A stretch of 64,000 nt of DNA from Eledone cirrhosa (lineage: Eukaryota), in assembly GCA_964016885.1 (NCBI GenBank), contig OZ024745.1, forward strand, positions 86,242,001-86,306,000. The letters are read 5' to 3'. This document shows positions 13,301 through 27,400 of the stretch, in pieces. The notes beneath the pieces are model-generated. The model was not told the DNA's origin and did not search any database. It saw nothing but the letters and a program-made list of their open reading frames with translations. How positions within the stretch are numbered: the stretch's first letter is position 1; the number at the start of each line of letters is the position of its first letter. Both the position numbers and the translations under genes were made by a program.

Positions 13301-14897
13301 CATAAATTAAAGGGTTAAAGATTTGTTGTTGAAAAGTCTTTTGTTGTGTTGTTGGATATAGCATTTGATAACAAGAATTTTTATTTAATCCATCAGAAAT
13401 TTATGCGCAGAAGGAATTATAAACTTCATGCTGCCTTCCTCAATGCCACAATGGTGAGCTGCATTGATGCACCAATTGAATTTGAAGTCAGTATTGGTGA
13501 GTATTTTATCTGTTGAATAGAATAAGATAGGATAATAATTAAATTAACGAAGTATCTTCAACCCTAAGAGAATTTTAGATGTAAATATTTGAAATTCTCT
13601 AATTTCATGTTCTTTTCATGCTTAATGTTTGAGTTTGTTTGTATGTTCTTCAGTATGTCTGAATTTACTTGTTGCTATAGATAATTTTCTTGGTTATATT
13701 CACATAGAGATTTTTCACTAAAGGATTTTTTTTCATACAAACTTTTGATTATATAATTTATGTGTACAGTTACTGTCAAAAGAAGTAACTGTAAAAAGGA
13801 TACCTCATCAGAGGGTGGCAGACTGACAACAATGACTCTTGGTCTCAGCTGGGTCCTAGTTTCCTTCTTCTCATTGTCAGCATTCTACTAGGTCAAAAAT
13901 AAACTTATACTACCATTTTTTTGCATACAGATAAAGTTAAAGAAATCAAATTCTTGACTTCAAGAGATACCAATGGTTTTAATGAATGTTTATTTTAGGA
14001 GCACTGTGGCATTTGATGAATTTTCTCCTAAACTTAATTTTGATTCCCAAACTTAATTTTGATTCCCATCAGGAATTGATTTTACCTATATCATTCTTTC
14101 CCTGTCCCTCTAAATTTTATTTTACAATATTCTGATGGTGTATTTCATGTATTTATCTAGAAACTCACTCCATTCTCTTAGCTCTTGAATCCCTAATAAC
14201 ATTAGTGCTGGCTGTGTTAAAGTAACTCTTATGATATAGATGATTTGTATGGTACATTTTAGAATTGTACAAATTTGAAGGAACATACTGAATTCAAAAA
14301 TTGATTTTGCTCTATATTGTATGTATGAATTTAAGTTACCAAAGCTTAAAAATGCAACATTTAGACATTAAAATAGTTGCTAAACTAGAGATGAGGATTA
14401 TGGGGAACATTTAAATTGCACTTTTAGATACATATTGTACCTTCTTCATTTCACAACTTAAACTGAAATGATTCTCTCATTGAAAAAGTATTTCTATTTA
14501 GTTATTCTGAGATACTTAATCCACATTGACTGTTCTGCCACCGGTGTTACAATTGCTTGAGAATGGAAGACTTCCATACAGCTGGCTATATATATTTTTT
14601 TAATGTTATATCAATGTACTCATACTTTCCTTACACATGATGAAGGTTGCATTGTGTGTGCGATAAGTATGATGTAGGAGACAGTACAATTTAGCCAAAA
14701 CAGCATCTGTAAAGCTTGTTGGATCTTAACCAGATATACAATAAAATGTGATAGATATTACAGTGTTGGATATATTAATGGAATCAGACATTAGTCTGAG
14801 TGATGTATGAGAAACGGTATGTTTTATCAATGAAAGCTGTAACTTGGTTTCAATTCTCAGTTAATACAAGTTCATTTTATCGACCCTGCTAATGTAT

Positions 14898-14928
<31 letters not shown>

Positions 14929-17900
14929 GTGGTGGGTGGTTTAGAAATATTGGGTCTTTATACTTTCCTGAAAAGGAATTGATATTTTGATTTAGTTATC
15001 TATTTGCGTTCAATAGAAAAGGAAACATTGGAGGAAAATATAAAATTACCTTGAAATATGTTAGCCAATAGCCAAAGCTATAGACACCATTGCTAGAAAA
15101 ATATTATTATTATGCTGGTATTGGCAGTATCGGTAGAGCGTCAGATGCCATGTTTTGCAGCATAGTTATTGCCGTTTATGTTCTGAGTTCAAATCCCACT
15201 GAGGTTAACTTTGCCTTTCATCCTTACAGGGTCGATAAAATAAAGCATCAGTTATGCACTGGGGTAATTGCTGGCCTTGTGCCAAAAGTAGAAACAATTC
15301 TTATGCTGGTGTATAATAAATATTATGGCTATACAAAAGACACTGTCGTGATATTGTATATATAAGTATTTAATATTTGTATATGCATGTATAGGGACAA
15401 ACGATAAACGATAGCAACAGAAATCAACCAATGAAAAGTTGTTGCATCTTTTTTCTTTTATGCATTCTGTCTCTCTGAAGTGTAAACCCTCAACTGGATG
15501 TTACCTTGTGGTCCCAGTAGACAGAATTGCAAAAGTGCTGTCCCAGTGTGTCACGAGAGAGATGCACTTACATTGAGGAAATGTTTATAGTTAGGATGCC
15601 AAATAAAAGTAATTTTTAATATTTATCCAACATAGATTAACGAGATGTTAAAATGGTAGTTTTCAATATATTTCTCAAATACATGTATTTATTATTTTTA
15701 CATTTAAACAAAATGTTATAAATATAAAATATAGAAATGTAAGCTGGCTTTCTTTTTCATATATTGATCATCTGCTCTTAGATATCTGCTTTTAGATATA
15801 GCAATGTCATGAATTCTAAATTAACCATCAATTCCCTGGTAGACCCATCCCACACTTAATTAGATATATGAAATATCTCAAAAGTAAGTGCGCGACTGAT
15901 TGAACATCATACAAGGTTTTCTGGTTACTGCTTTGAGGCCAAAAATGAGATGGTTTCTCACCTCTTGTTGTGGGAGATCTCCTCCTCTACCAGAAAGCTC
16001 AGACACCAAGACACCATAGCAAGAGACACTGGAATTGACAAGGAAGACCTACAAACCTTGATGGGTTAACAGAGACTGTTGGTGGGAAGTTGTGCTTGCT
16101 GTTTTGCCTAAAAGTGATGGATAAGAATATAGGATCAATTTTTTTTTTTTTTTTTTATGCTTCAATATTCTAGAAATCTTAAAATAATATTTTTAATCCT
16201 AGGTAACTATGGTAACAAGTTGGATTTGAGCGTTGATCCTTGTGCCTCAACAACCCAACCTACAAATGCTGTTTTTGATGGCTGTTATTACTATTTCTTA
16301 CCTTGGGCATCAACTAAACCATGTACAGTGGTAGATAGTGCATGGGAAGATATTAGCTTCAGACTTGAATCTCTCAATCTCCTCCTCAGAATCATTGATT
16401 TATTGGTAAGTTAATTTTTCTTGTGTAAAACTACTCCACATCTAATACTATGGACATGCGGTTAGAATGTCTCGGGGAAGAATTGCTGGCCAGATTTTAT
16501 GGGCAAAACTAACTGTCAGGAGACTCAAGAGTAGACCCTGAGCAAGATGGTTGAATGTAGCTAATCAAAGAGTTATTCAAACAATATTTCTAACAGTGAT
16601 TCTCACATTTTTAATGTTCAGTATACTGTCCTGAGGTTTTAAACATAACCCCTTTTGTGACTGTATTTCTAATGAAATATACTCTATTTCAATTAGTTAA
16701 TGAAGTTTGAGAGATTTACTAAAATTATTTTATTACTAAGATAGTAACATAGCACATGGTTCTTAGATTCATTGGAAGATTTCAATTTAATTGGAAGATT
16801 TCAATTTAAATATAAACTCTTTAAAATGGATGGTTTTGCTTAGAATAAGAGCCAATTTTGACCAGGCTCATTACAAAAAGTTTCTCGTTTTCTTTGAAGG
16901 AATTTGAGAGATTTGAAAAGATTGTGGTAAAATGTAATGTATCCTAGTTGAATAGTTCATAGACGTGAGGGAAGGTCCCTCGTCTATTTACCATTTTGTG
17001 TTTGTGAGAATTATAACAAAGTGGGTGAGTGTGTGCGCAAACAAGACAATAACCACAACGAGAGTTAAATTCAACGATTGTAAATAATGGTGATTTATTT
17101 ATACTACAAATGGAACGTACCAAATGTTGACGTGGTCAGTTGTGGTGAAAGGAACGTATTACCATTACAAAAGTATTGTGGGGTTTATTGTTTGCTGTTC
17201 CCTTGGCTGCTTTCTGTGGCGTGGTACAGAGGCTGTTTTCTGGCGTGTGATCAGTCTGCTTTCTAGTGGCTGTCTGTTTACTCCTCGTGTTCTCAACCAG
17301 CGGGAGATAACTAGGGTTGTTCTATTATCCCGGCAAGAGGCGTGAGGCGTCTTACTACAGTATCTCCTGCCAGATTTTCAAATCATCGAAAATCGATGTC
17401 ATTACTCACATGTGGAGTAAGATGGCGAACAATGCAACAAGGGGGAGCTATTCGCTCTACCAAAAATTGAATCCAGAATAAGGATTTGAAAAATGTTAAA
17501 AAAAAAACATGCATGCATAAAAAACAAGGCAAAGAAAAAGCAGAAAAACAGAGGCAAAAAAAAAAAGGTGCAGCTAACATAGTCTAAATATAGACGGTGC
17601 TGCAAAATTTTTTGGGCCAATGGACCCTACGACCTGAACGGGTCGTGGTCTTGTAACGTGGCGATGGTGGTGGTGTAGGGACAGGCAATGATGGTGGTTC
17701 AGGAACAGGCGTTCGCTCAACAGGCAAATACGAAGGGGTTCGTGGATCAGGAACCACAGCATCCGTGTCAAGGTGTGCCTGCTTAAGCCTGTCTATTGTA
17801 ACTGTCTCTCTGGACCCCTTAATATCTAACGTGAAATGCTTAGCCAAGTGCGCTAAGACACGGTAAGGTCCAGTGTAAGGCTGTGTGAGCGGGGGCTTCA

Positions 17901-20900
17901 CAGAATCTTTTCTTACAAAGACATGCGTCTACGAGGCAATATTCCTCGGGACAGCAGTCTTGACAGTTTGTTTCCTAGTGTCCATTGGCGGCAAATCCTG
18001 GAAATAGGAACGCAAACGGGACACGTAGGAAGCGTGATCTTGGGCATCAAGATCGATAGGGGCAAGCATTTGCCCGGGCAACGTTAGAGGGGCACTGTAC
18101 AGTACTTCGGCCAGTGAAAATCCAAAGTCGACCTTCACCGTTGACCGAATCCCTAGTAGCACAATAGGGAGGTACTCGCTCCAATGTGCCGAGTCCATTG
18201 AGGCCATTAAGGAGGCCTTCAGTTGTCGGTGAAAACGCTCCACCATACCATTCGAAGCGGGATGGTACGCTGTAGTTCTAATGCGTTTAGCACCAATTAA
18301 TTTTGACAGTTCGAGGAAAAGGCTCGACTCGAACTATCGTCCACAGTCGGTAGTTATTGTGGATGGAACTCCATAACGAGAGATCCATCCAGACACAAGA
18401 GCACGCGCTGTTGTCTCAGCAGTGATGTTTTTCAAGGGGATGGCTTCAGGCCATCTCGAAAAACGGTCAATTATGGTCAGCAGGTAAGAATAACCATCGC
18501 TGACAGGCCAAGGTCCCACTATGTCAATATGAATGTGTGAAAAACGCGCATCTGGGTTAGCAAAGGTACCCAGGGGAGCCTTGACGTGTCGATGGACCTT
18601 TGATCTCTGGCAAGCGATGCAGGAACGGCACCAAGCAAAAATTTCACGCCTCATATTTGTCCAGAAAAATCTAGCTGATATGAGCTTTGCTGTGGCAGAA
18701 GATCCTGAATGCGAGATACTATGTAATGCCAGAAACACGGTCCGACGATGATTCTCTGGAACGAAGGGCCTAGGCACGTCCAAAGAGACGTCGCAGAGGA
18801 TTTGGCCAACTGCAGTCGACAGTGGCAAGTATTTCATCTCGCAATTCGCAAACTCAGGCGATGTAACATCCAATAACTCAAGGGGAGGCTGATCCACAGC
18901 CAAACGAGTCAGATCTATGTCGGAGGGTGACGAGATCGCTGTCACGGGTAAGCGGATATCACTCGTATATTGCGAGATGAAATCAAGGTGTCTCGTCTCT
19001 CTGGGCGAGTATTTATCAGCCTTCGCTCTCAACGCAAAAGTCAATGGTTTATGGTCAGTGAGGATAGTAAATTGTCTACCCACTAGCATATGTGAAAAAT
19101 GTTTCACGGCCAAATAGATGGCCAAAAGCTCTCTTCCAAAGGTGCTGTAGCGCGTCTCAGCAAGTTTCAGCTTTCTGGAAAAAAACTCCAGCGGTTGCTG
19201 GTAACCATTGATGTTTTGCTGTAGTACTGCACCCACAGCGATATCCGATGCATCAACACAAAGCGTTAGCTTTGCACCGGGTACCGGGTGAGTCAGTAAC
19301 GAAGCATTAGCCAAAGCAGTTTTGGCGACAATTTTTCAAAATTTCTGTCGGGGAGAAAAGCAATTTGGCACGAAACGCCTATAAAAGTTAATCAGACCTA
19401 AGAACTGGCGTAACTGACGTAGTGAGGTCGGTGGAGGCAAATCCTCTATGACCTTAACTCGCTCAGGCCGGGGTCGAATACCGTCAGCATCGATGACGTG
19501 ACCCAAGAAAGTCAGTGACTCAGCACCAAAAACACATTTGGGTGCATTAAGCTGCACGTTATACGCCTTCAATCGGCAGAAAAGAAGATTCAAATGGTGC
19601 GTATGTTGCTCTTGAGAAGAACTAGCAATGAGCAGGTCGTCAATATAGGTATAGACGAAATCGAGGCCGCGAGTAACCTCATCCATAAACCGCTGAAAAG
19701 TACTAGCGGCATTCCTTAATCCGAACGGCATAGTCAAAAACTCGAATGACCCAAATGGCGTAACTATAGCCGTTTTTGGAATGTCATATGGACAGGAATT
19801 TGATGGTACGCACGAATTAAATCCAGTTTGGAGAATATCTTGCATCCCTGCAACGAAGACGCAAAGTCTTGCAGATGAGGGATAGGATAACGGTCCGGTA
19901 CCGTTATCGAATTTAGGCGTCGATAATCTCCAGTAGGTCTCCAATCGCCAGTCGCTTTCGGTGTAATGGGGACGCCCACGGGCTCGTGGACGGACGAATA
20001 ATCCCCAACTGCAGCATATGATCAAACTCTGATCGTGCTGCTTTGAGTTTGTCCGGAGGCAAACGACGAGGACGAGAAAAAACGGGAGTACCAGTTGTAG
20101 ATATGAAGTGCTCCGTGGTATGAGTTGGTTCATCAACTCCAAAATTTCCCCGAGTCAGTTGCGGGAACGAGTTCAACAACGCAGGGTAAGTATCACCGGT
20201 GTTAGCAAGTAAAAAGGTCGGGCTAACCGTTGGAACTCCTGCTGCCTTGCCAACAACAGTTAATCCAGTGATGCCATCAATTAGGCGTTTACGACGGAGG
20301 TCCACCGTCAATGAAAAATGGAGAAAATCCGCGCCTAGAATCGGATACGGCAAGGCAGCGACAGTAAATATCCATTTAAACTCGCGCCGCAGATTACGGA
20401 ACTGCAAAGGTAGCGAGATTTGTCCGAAAGTTCGTATCGGCGAACAATTTACTGCCTGCAACTCAATAGGTGTCTCAGGGGGAGTCTCCTTCATACAACA
20501 CACAGGCCATACTGAACAAACTGCACCTGTGTCAACCAGAAAAGCTCTACCTGACAGCAGGTCCTCAATGAAAAAGTGGCGGTTGGATGTTGTTTCGCAG
20601 AGCACACTATCCGCCGTTAGTGACTCTGGTTGTCTTTTCCCTCGTAAGCGCAAGGAGGCCTACAATGGGCGGCTTTTTTACCATATCTGTCATGGTAATA
20701 ACAATATGGTGTTTTTGGTGGGTTGGAAGGGCTACGGTGTCGAGGAGTTGAATAACGTCGTGAGCGGCTCCTCTGCCGTCCAAAAGACCTGAATTCCTGG
20801 CACAACTCCGCCATTTGACGTCATGGCTTCCATTGTGGTGATTAATTTCTCATCACTCGCTGATGAGCGTGATTGAGGAAGAGAAGAGGCAGCAACGTTC

Positions 20901-22452
20901 TTTGGCTTCGAAGTGTCTCTCTTCGTCACTTCTACAATTTTGTCAGCAGAGACAGCAATGTGATCGAGGGTATTTACCTCTAGCATATGGGCTAGGATCG
21001 CCTGTACCTCTTGAGGTAGGCGAGAGAAGAACAATTGCTTCAGGAAAGGGCTATCCTGATCTTGGGAATCGCTCAAATCCCGCAAATGCCGGAGAAAAGC
21101 GGTAGGGGTCCTGTCACCTAATCGTTCGTCCTCGATCAATGACCGAAAACGACTCTCTACCGACTTACAATTCCTCCTCAAAATCTCGCCTTTCAAAGAC
21201 TCATACATTAAGTCAAATGGGGGGGGGGGGGTCTGTAATTAGGTCTTTGACCGAATCTGCTAGATTAGGGGGAAGTCCGCTAATATGGACAGCGAGGCGC
21301 TGGTCAGACTCGGTCTTACAGACCGTAAAATACGCCTGTAACTGGGCAAACCACATCTTAGGTTTTCCAGTAAAGGCGGGCAAATGTGGCACCTTCATGG
21401 TAACGTTTAAAATTTAAAAAAAAATATATATCTAAACAGCAATTAATGTACCCTCGTACAGTGAAAAGCAAACAGCCAAAATCGAGAAAAAATGAAGGGT
21501 CAAAAAGAAACATTCAAAACATTAGGAAATATGAAAAATACATAAAATACATATATATATATCTTTTAAAAAAAAAATTTTCCTTCAACGTCTGTCCCCT
21601 CGTGTTGCTTCAACGAACCAGCCAAATCAAATAAGGTGAAAAAGGAGAAAAAAAAAATGTTTGTTTTAGAATATATCCACGTTGGATATCAACAATAGGT
21701 AGCCAGTTGGATATCAACAATAGAAACAATAGGTAGCCAGTTGGATATCAACAATAGAAACAATTATATATATATATGTATATAATATAATTGCTCCTTA
21801 GGTTGAGCTGAACGTAGCCTCATATATACGGCTGTTATTTCTAGCAGTACGGTTATGAGGCTAGCTAGAAACTGTGAACCATGTGCATTACACAGTCTTT
21901 TAAATTATTTAGAAGTGAAGCATATCAATTTGTCCCTGGATGTTTACTGAAGAGAGCAGGACATGATATTCCTTTCACTTTTTCATCTCGAAACATATTT
22001 GGATTTTAAAGTTTAAACTTATCTACGGAACAGGTTTGATTTTGAAATTTAAATGTGTCTAAACATCATGGCCATTTGGCAATACAGTTCGTCTTTGTTG
22101 ATTTATTATTTTAAATCGATATGGACAAACTGTAATATTATAATTAGTATACTTCATTCTGGCTAAATTTTCTTTTGCAATATAAATACAGATATGTTGG
22201 TGTTTGTGTTTCATCATAGATATTAGTTTATATATATAATATATATATATACATATATATATAATTGTTTCTACTTTTGGCACAAGGCCAGCAATTACCC
22301 AGTACATTACTGGTACTTTATTTTATCGACCCCCGTATAGATGAAAGGCAAAGTTAACCTCGGCGGGATTTGAACTCAGATTGTAAAGGGACGTAACTAT
22401 GCTTGGAAGCATGTCCAACCCTCTACCTCGACCAATACTGCCAATTCACCGT

Positions 22453-22488
<36 letters not shown>

Positions 22489-24425
22489 CATTTCATTTCA
22501 TTTTACGTCCACTTTTCCCTGCTTGCAAGGGTGGGGCGGGAACTGATTCTGGCTTGATTTCTACAGCTGGATGCCCTTCCTAACACCAACCTCATTTACA
22601 GTGAGTGCTGGGTGCTTTTTCGCCGTGGCACCTCCACGACCACTTTACAGTGGAATGATAGGGACTGGGTCCCTATCATCTCATTTCTACAGCTGAGTAA
22701 ACTGGAGCAACGTGAAATAAAGTGTCTTGCTCAAGGAAACAACATATCACCCGGTCTGAGAATTGAACTCACAACCTTTCGATTGCAAGGCTCTAACCAC
22801 TGAGCCATGTGCCTCCACATGGCTTAGTGGTTAGAGCATTGGCCTTGCAATCGAAAGGTTGTGAGTTCAATTCTCAGACCGGGTTATGTGTTGTTTCCTT
22901 GAGCAAGACACTTTGTTTCACATTGCTCCAGTTTACTCAGCTGTAGAAATGAGATGATAGGAACTGGGGTCCATATCATTCCACGGCAAAAAAGCACCCA
23001 GCACTCACTGTAAATGAGATTGGTGTTAGGAAGGGCATCCAGCTGTAGAAATCAAGCCAGAATCAGTTCCCGTCCCACCCTTACAAGCACGGAAAAGCGG
23101 ACGTAAAATGAATAATAGTAATAAACGAAAGATATATACTTTATATCATCTCTATTTATTTTACTATATATATTTCGAAGATGCAAAGTTTTATGTATAA
23201 CATAAACCAAAACATGCCCTCCTCAGACAAAATACATACGAGATGTATAATTTTTTCATGATATTCTGGTAGCCAAACGAACTGGACAGATTCGTGACCA
23301 CCAAGCATATGACTAGAAAAACTCAACACATAGGAGGTTACATAACTGGGAGAATAATTACAGCTGGTTTAAACGTTTAATAAATTATTTAAGATATAGT
23401 GTAATTAGATTGGTAAAAAAAAAAGAAAAATTCAGTCTATCTATTGCTTATAATCAATTAAAATAGGTATTAAATCAAAAATATATAATATATCAAAGGA
23501 AAAGATGAAAAAATATTCTAGGAAACAAAAATATATTTCAGTAAAAGTGTATATACATTGCTGAGAAAACTGAAAAACGAGTTCTTTAGGAACAAAATCC
23601 TTTGTTTTTCTCAGCATCAGAAATGCAGTAAATCAATGATTGATGGGCCTGTTGGAAACCTGTAACCAATTATACAATTATTTAAAATTTGTGATATGAA
23701 AATAGAATAGATTACCTTTATAAATATTTGCAATTTAAGGTTGTTTTTCATAGATACTTTTACATAGATAACTTTTGTGATATCATAACTTATCATAATA
23801 TAGTTGATTATTTTCCTTTCGATGTGGTGGATTGGCAGTATCGGTAGAAGGTCGGACACCATGCTTTGACGCATAGAGTTACGGCCCTTGCCATTCTGAG
23901 TTCAAATCCCACCGAGGTTAACTTTGCCTTTCATCCTTACAGGGTCGATAAAATAAAGTACCAGTAATACACTGGGTAATAGCTGGCCTTGTGCCAAAAG
24001 TAGAAACAATTATTTTCTTTCCGATGCAAAAGGAGCTAAGGTCATCTTTAAATTCAGGGTTATTTTTGTTTAATAAGGGTGATCTTTGATAAATATATTT
24101 GATTGGCATTAAATAAATTTTTTGCTAAATAAAATGTTTTTTTTTAAATAATATTTGGTTGATAAATTTGCTGTTAAATATAATGAGTTTTAATATTTTT
24201 CTTCTCTGACTTTACCTCTTGTAGGAATCTAATTTAGAAAGAATTCGTATCAGCATGCAAACAAAACTGCCTCTTCCAGAGTTAGCTCAACTTGTGATAT
24301 CTCTGCTGAAGGAACTTATTGATGATTTGAAGTAAGCTTCACTTTCTATCTAAAATACTTTTTTATATTTGTTTTTACATAAGTTTCTTTGAATTAACCC
24401 TTTAGCATTTACATTACTCTATATA

Positions 24426-24475
<50 letters not shown>

Positions 24476-27400
24476 CTTGCAAGCAGGGAAAAGCGAACGT
24501 AAAATGATGATGATATACTATATATATATATATACTGATGTTATTTATTTTGAGGACAATACCTTAATATAAGTTTGAGTGGCTTGTTACAGCCAGTTTG
24601 AACTGAAAGAGGTAAGAGAATTATGAACGGATACAGCCGGTTTAAATGGTTAAGATAAGCCATCGTTTGTAACTGATCTTTGTTTCTTTGTCAATACATG
24701 GGTGTTTAGAATAATTATTTAAAATAGTTATTTAGTTTACAGCAAGTTTGAATGCTCACAGATCTAGTTTGCTCCAAATCTTTCTAGAGTCATCATTGTC
24801 TTAACATTTACACTCAACTATCATACACTTGACATGTCCATCATCATCATCATCATCAGCAGTTATATTATTTCTATTTCTTTTTATGATGGCATGGGTT
24901 GAATGAGACTTTTGAGGCAGAATTCTATGGCTGGATGTCTTTCCTGGTGCCAGCTTTCACTTGTATTTATGTAAGGTACAGATCTTTGCATGTCCAGCCA
25001 TTGAGCAGAGAGATCTCTGTTGACTCAGAACATAAATATCATTACCTACGATGTTGAATGCAAAGAACAGAAAAGAAATAAACACACACACACACAGACA
25101 CACACACACAGACACACACACACACACACACACACACAATTAGTTTCATCATCTGAGGTCTATCATCATCATCACCGTTTTACGTCCGTTCTTCCAAGCT
25201 AGTATGGGTTAGAGGGATTGTCCTGTTGTGGGCAGTGTCCGGTCAGCTGACTTTGTCTTGTTCATACGGCAACTGATTCTGGCTTGATTTCTACAGCTGG
25301 ATGCCCTTCCTAACACCAACCTCATTTACAGTTAGTGCTGGGTGCTTTTTTTCCGTGGTGCCTACATGTCCACTTTACAGTGTGGGCTGTGTGCTTTTTT
25401 GCCGTGGCACCTCCACAACCACTTTGCAGTGGAATGATAGGGACTCCAGTCCTATCATCTCATTTCTACAGCTGAGTAAACTGGAGCAATGTGAAATAAA
25501 GTGTCTTGCTCAAGGAAACAACACATAACCCGGTCTGAGAATTGAACTCACAACCTTTCGATTGCAAGCCCAATGCTCTCTCCACTAAGCCATGCACCTG
25601 ATAAATTAACTTCATTGCTTTTGCTAATCATTTAAGTAATATAAATCCCTATATAAATTTCTGCAATTCTATCACAACACATAGAGAGGAGTAGTTTGAC
25701 TACCTCATACTACTCCTCTCTCTTTACGTCTGCTGTCTGTGAATTTATGTGTGTGTAAAAGGAAGAAGGGGGATGGTGAAAAAACTACGCTGTGTCACTT
25801 ATATGCGGCTCTGTATTCCCCACACAGTCATCATACTATCTGTCTTTCATTCTGCAAGAGAAACCCTTTTTAGCTAACAGTGATAGAAGCTCCCTGAACT
25901 TTTCTACACAATTCTCACTCTAGCTAGTGTACAATAATAATTGTTAAACAATATTTCACATTTTAATGATTTGGTTCAAAGCCTAACTCTAGCTAGTGTA
26001 CAATAATAATAATTGTTTCTACGTTAGGCACAAGGCCAGCAATTACCCAGTGTATTACTGGTACTTTATTTTATCGACCCCGTAAGGATGAAAGGCAAAG
26101 TTAACCTCGGCGGGATAATAATAATAATGTTTCTACTTTTGGGACAAGGCCAGCAATTACCCCAGTGCATTACTGATGCTTTATTTTATAAATCCCGTAA
26201 GGATGAAAGCCGAGCTTAGCTGTGCTTTTCATCCTTACGGGGTCAATAAAATAAAGTACAAGTCACATAAGGGGTCGATTTAATCGACTTTCCCCTTCCC
26301 CAAAATTGCTGGCCTTGTGCCTATATAAGAAACCATGGCAGTATCAGTAGAGGGTCGGACCCCATGCTTTGACTCAGAGTTACGGCCCTTGCCATTCTGA
26401 GTTCAAATCCTGCCAAGGTTAACTTTGCCTTTCATCCTTACGGGGTCGATAAAATAAAGTACCAGTAATGCACTGGGTAATTGCTGGCCTTGTGCCAAAA
26501 GTAGAAACTATTATTATTATTATGGCAGTATCGGTAGAGGGTCGGACGCCATGCTTTCTAGCATAGTTATGACCCTTTACAGTCTGAGTTCAAATCTCGC
26601 CAAGGTTAACTTTGCCTTTCATCCTTACGGGGTCAATAAAATAAAGTACCAGTAATGTACTGAGTAATTGCTGGCCTTGTGCCTAAAGTAGAAACAATTA
26701 TTATATGAAGCATAGAGTTACCTTCCTGTATGATCTGAGTTCAAATCTTGCCGAGGTTAACTTTGCCTTTCATCCTTCCGGGGTCGATAAAATAAAGTAC
26801 CAGTAATGCACTGGATAATTGCTGGTCTTGTGCCAAAAGTAGAAACAATTATTATATAATATGTGGTTCAAAGGCCATCATGGAAGACATAAAGTATTTA
26901 AAACTGATATCTTCTTATTGTTGCTTGAGACTGTGTTACTATTTATTTTAGGAAACCACTATCACCACCCCAGTCTGGTTATCACATGGAGAATGAACTG
27001 GACAAGAACATGAAAGAATTCAGAATGATAGAATTAAAAGATATAACTGAAAATGCTGAACGTATAATGAACAATGCTACAGATATCAATGAAGCAATGT
27101 CTGAGATAGAGAATATCTTGGAGAGGTTGAAGGGTCTGGCTATTGAGGTAAGTTGTAACATAACTGTGTATATCATCATCATCGTTTGTCTATTTTCCAC
27201 ACTAGCATGGGTTAGACGGGTCTGTCCCATTAGAGGCCAGTTGAGTCAGGTGACCGTGTCTCGCTCATATTCTGCTTGTGTGGCAGAGTTTCAGTGTTGT
27301 CTATATATAAATTTTTGCGATTCTGTCACAACACGTAAAGAGAGAGTAGTTTGACTATCTCATACTACACCTCTCTCTTTACGTCTGTTGCCTGCATGAA

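Larger units (their letters stand above)
16933..21700 (-). mobile_element. Ty3/Gypsy LTR retrotransposon, decayed; 3' LTR present, 5' LTR not found
   Basis: Gypsy domain order gag - protease (FLVDTGA) - RT (PFGLRNA, YIDD) - RNase H (DAS, TDHKPL) - integrase (HHCC, HIDIVGP, VERFHR, PYTGPY). Confidence 0.92.

Noticed and set aside
14902-14928. Long poly-C run (G-quadruplex on minus strand)
   Set aside because: A simple homopolymer inside a degenerate SINE end; no evidence of function.
21948-22000. Hammerhead-like CTGAAGA-GAG...CTC-GAAAC
   Set aside because: Stem II is only 3 bp with a long unpaired loop, and there is no convincing stem I or stem III/NUH.
22820-22885. tRNA genes
   Set aside because: A/B-box heads run directly into SINE bodies and lack a full cloverleaf; they are tRNA-derived SINEs.
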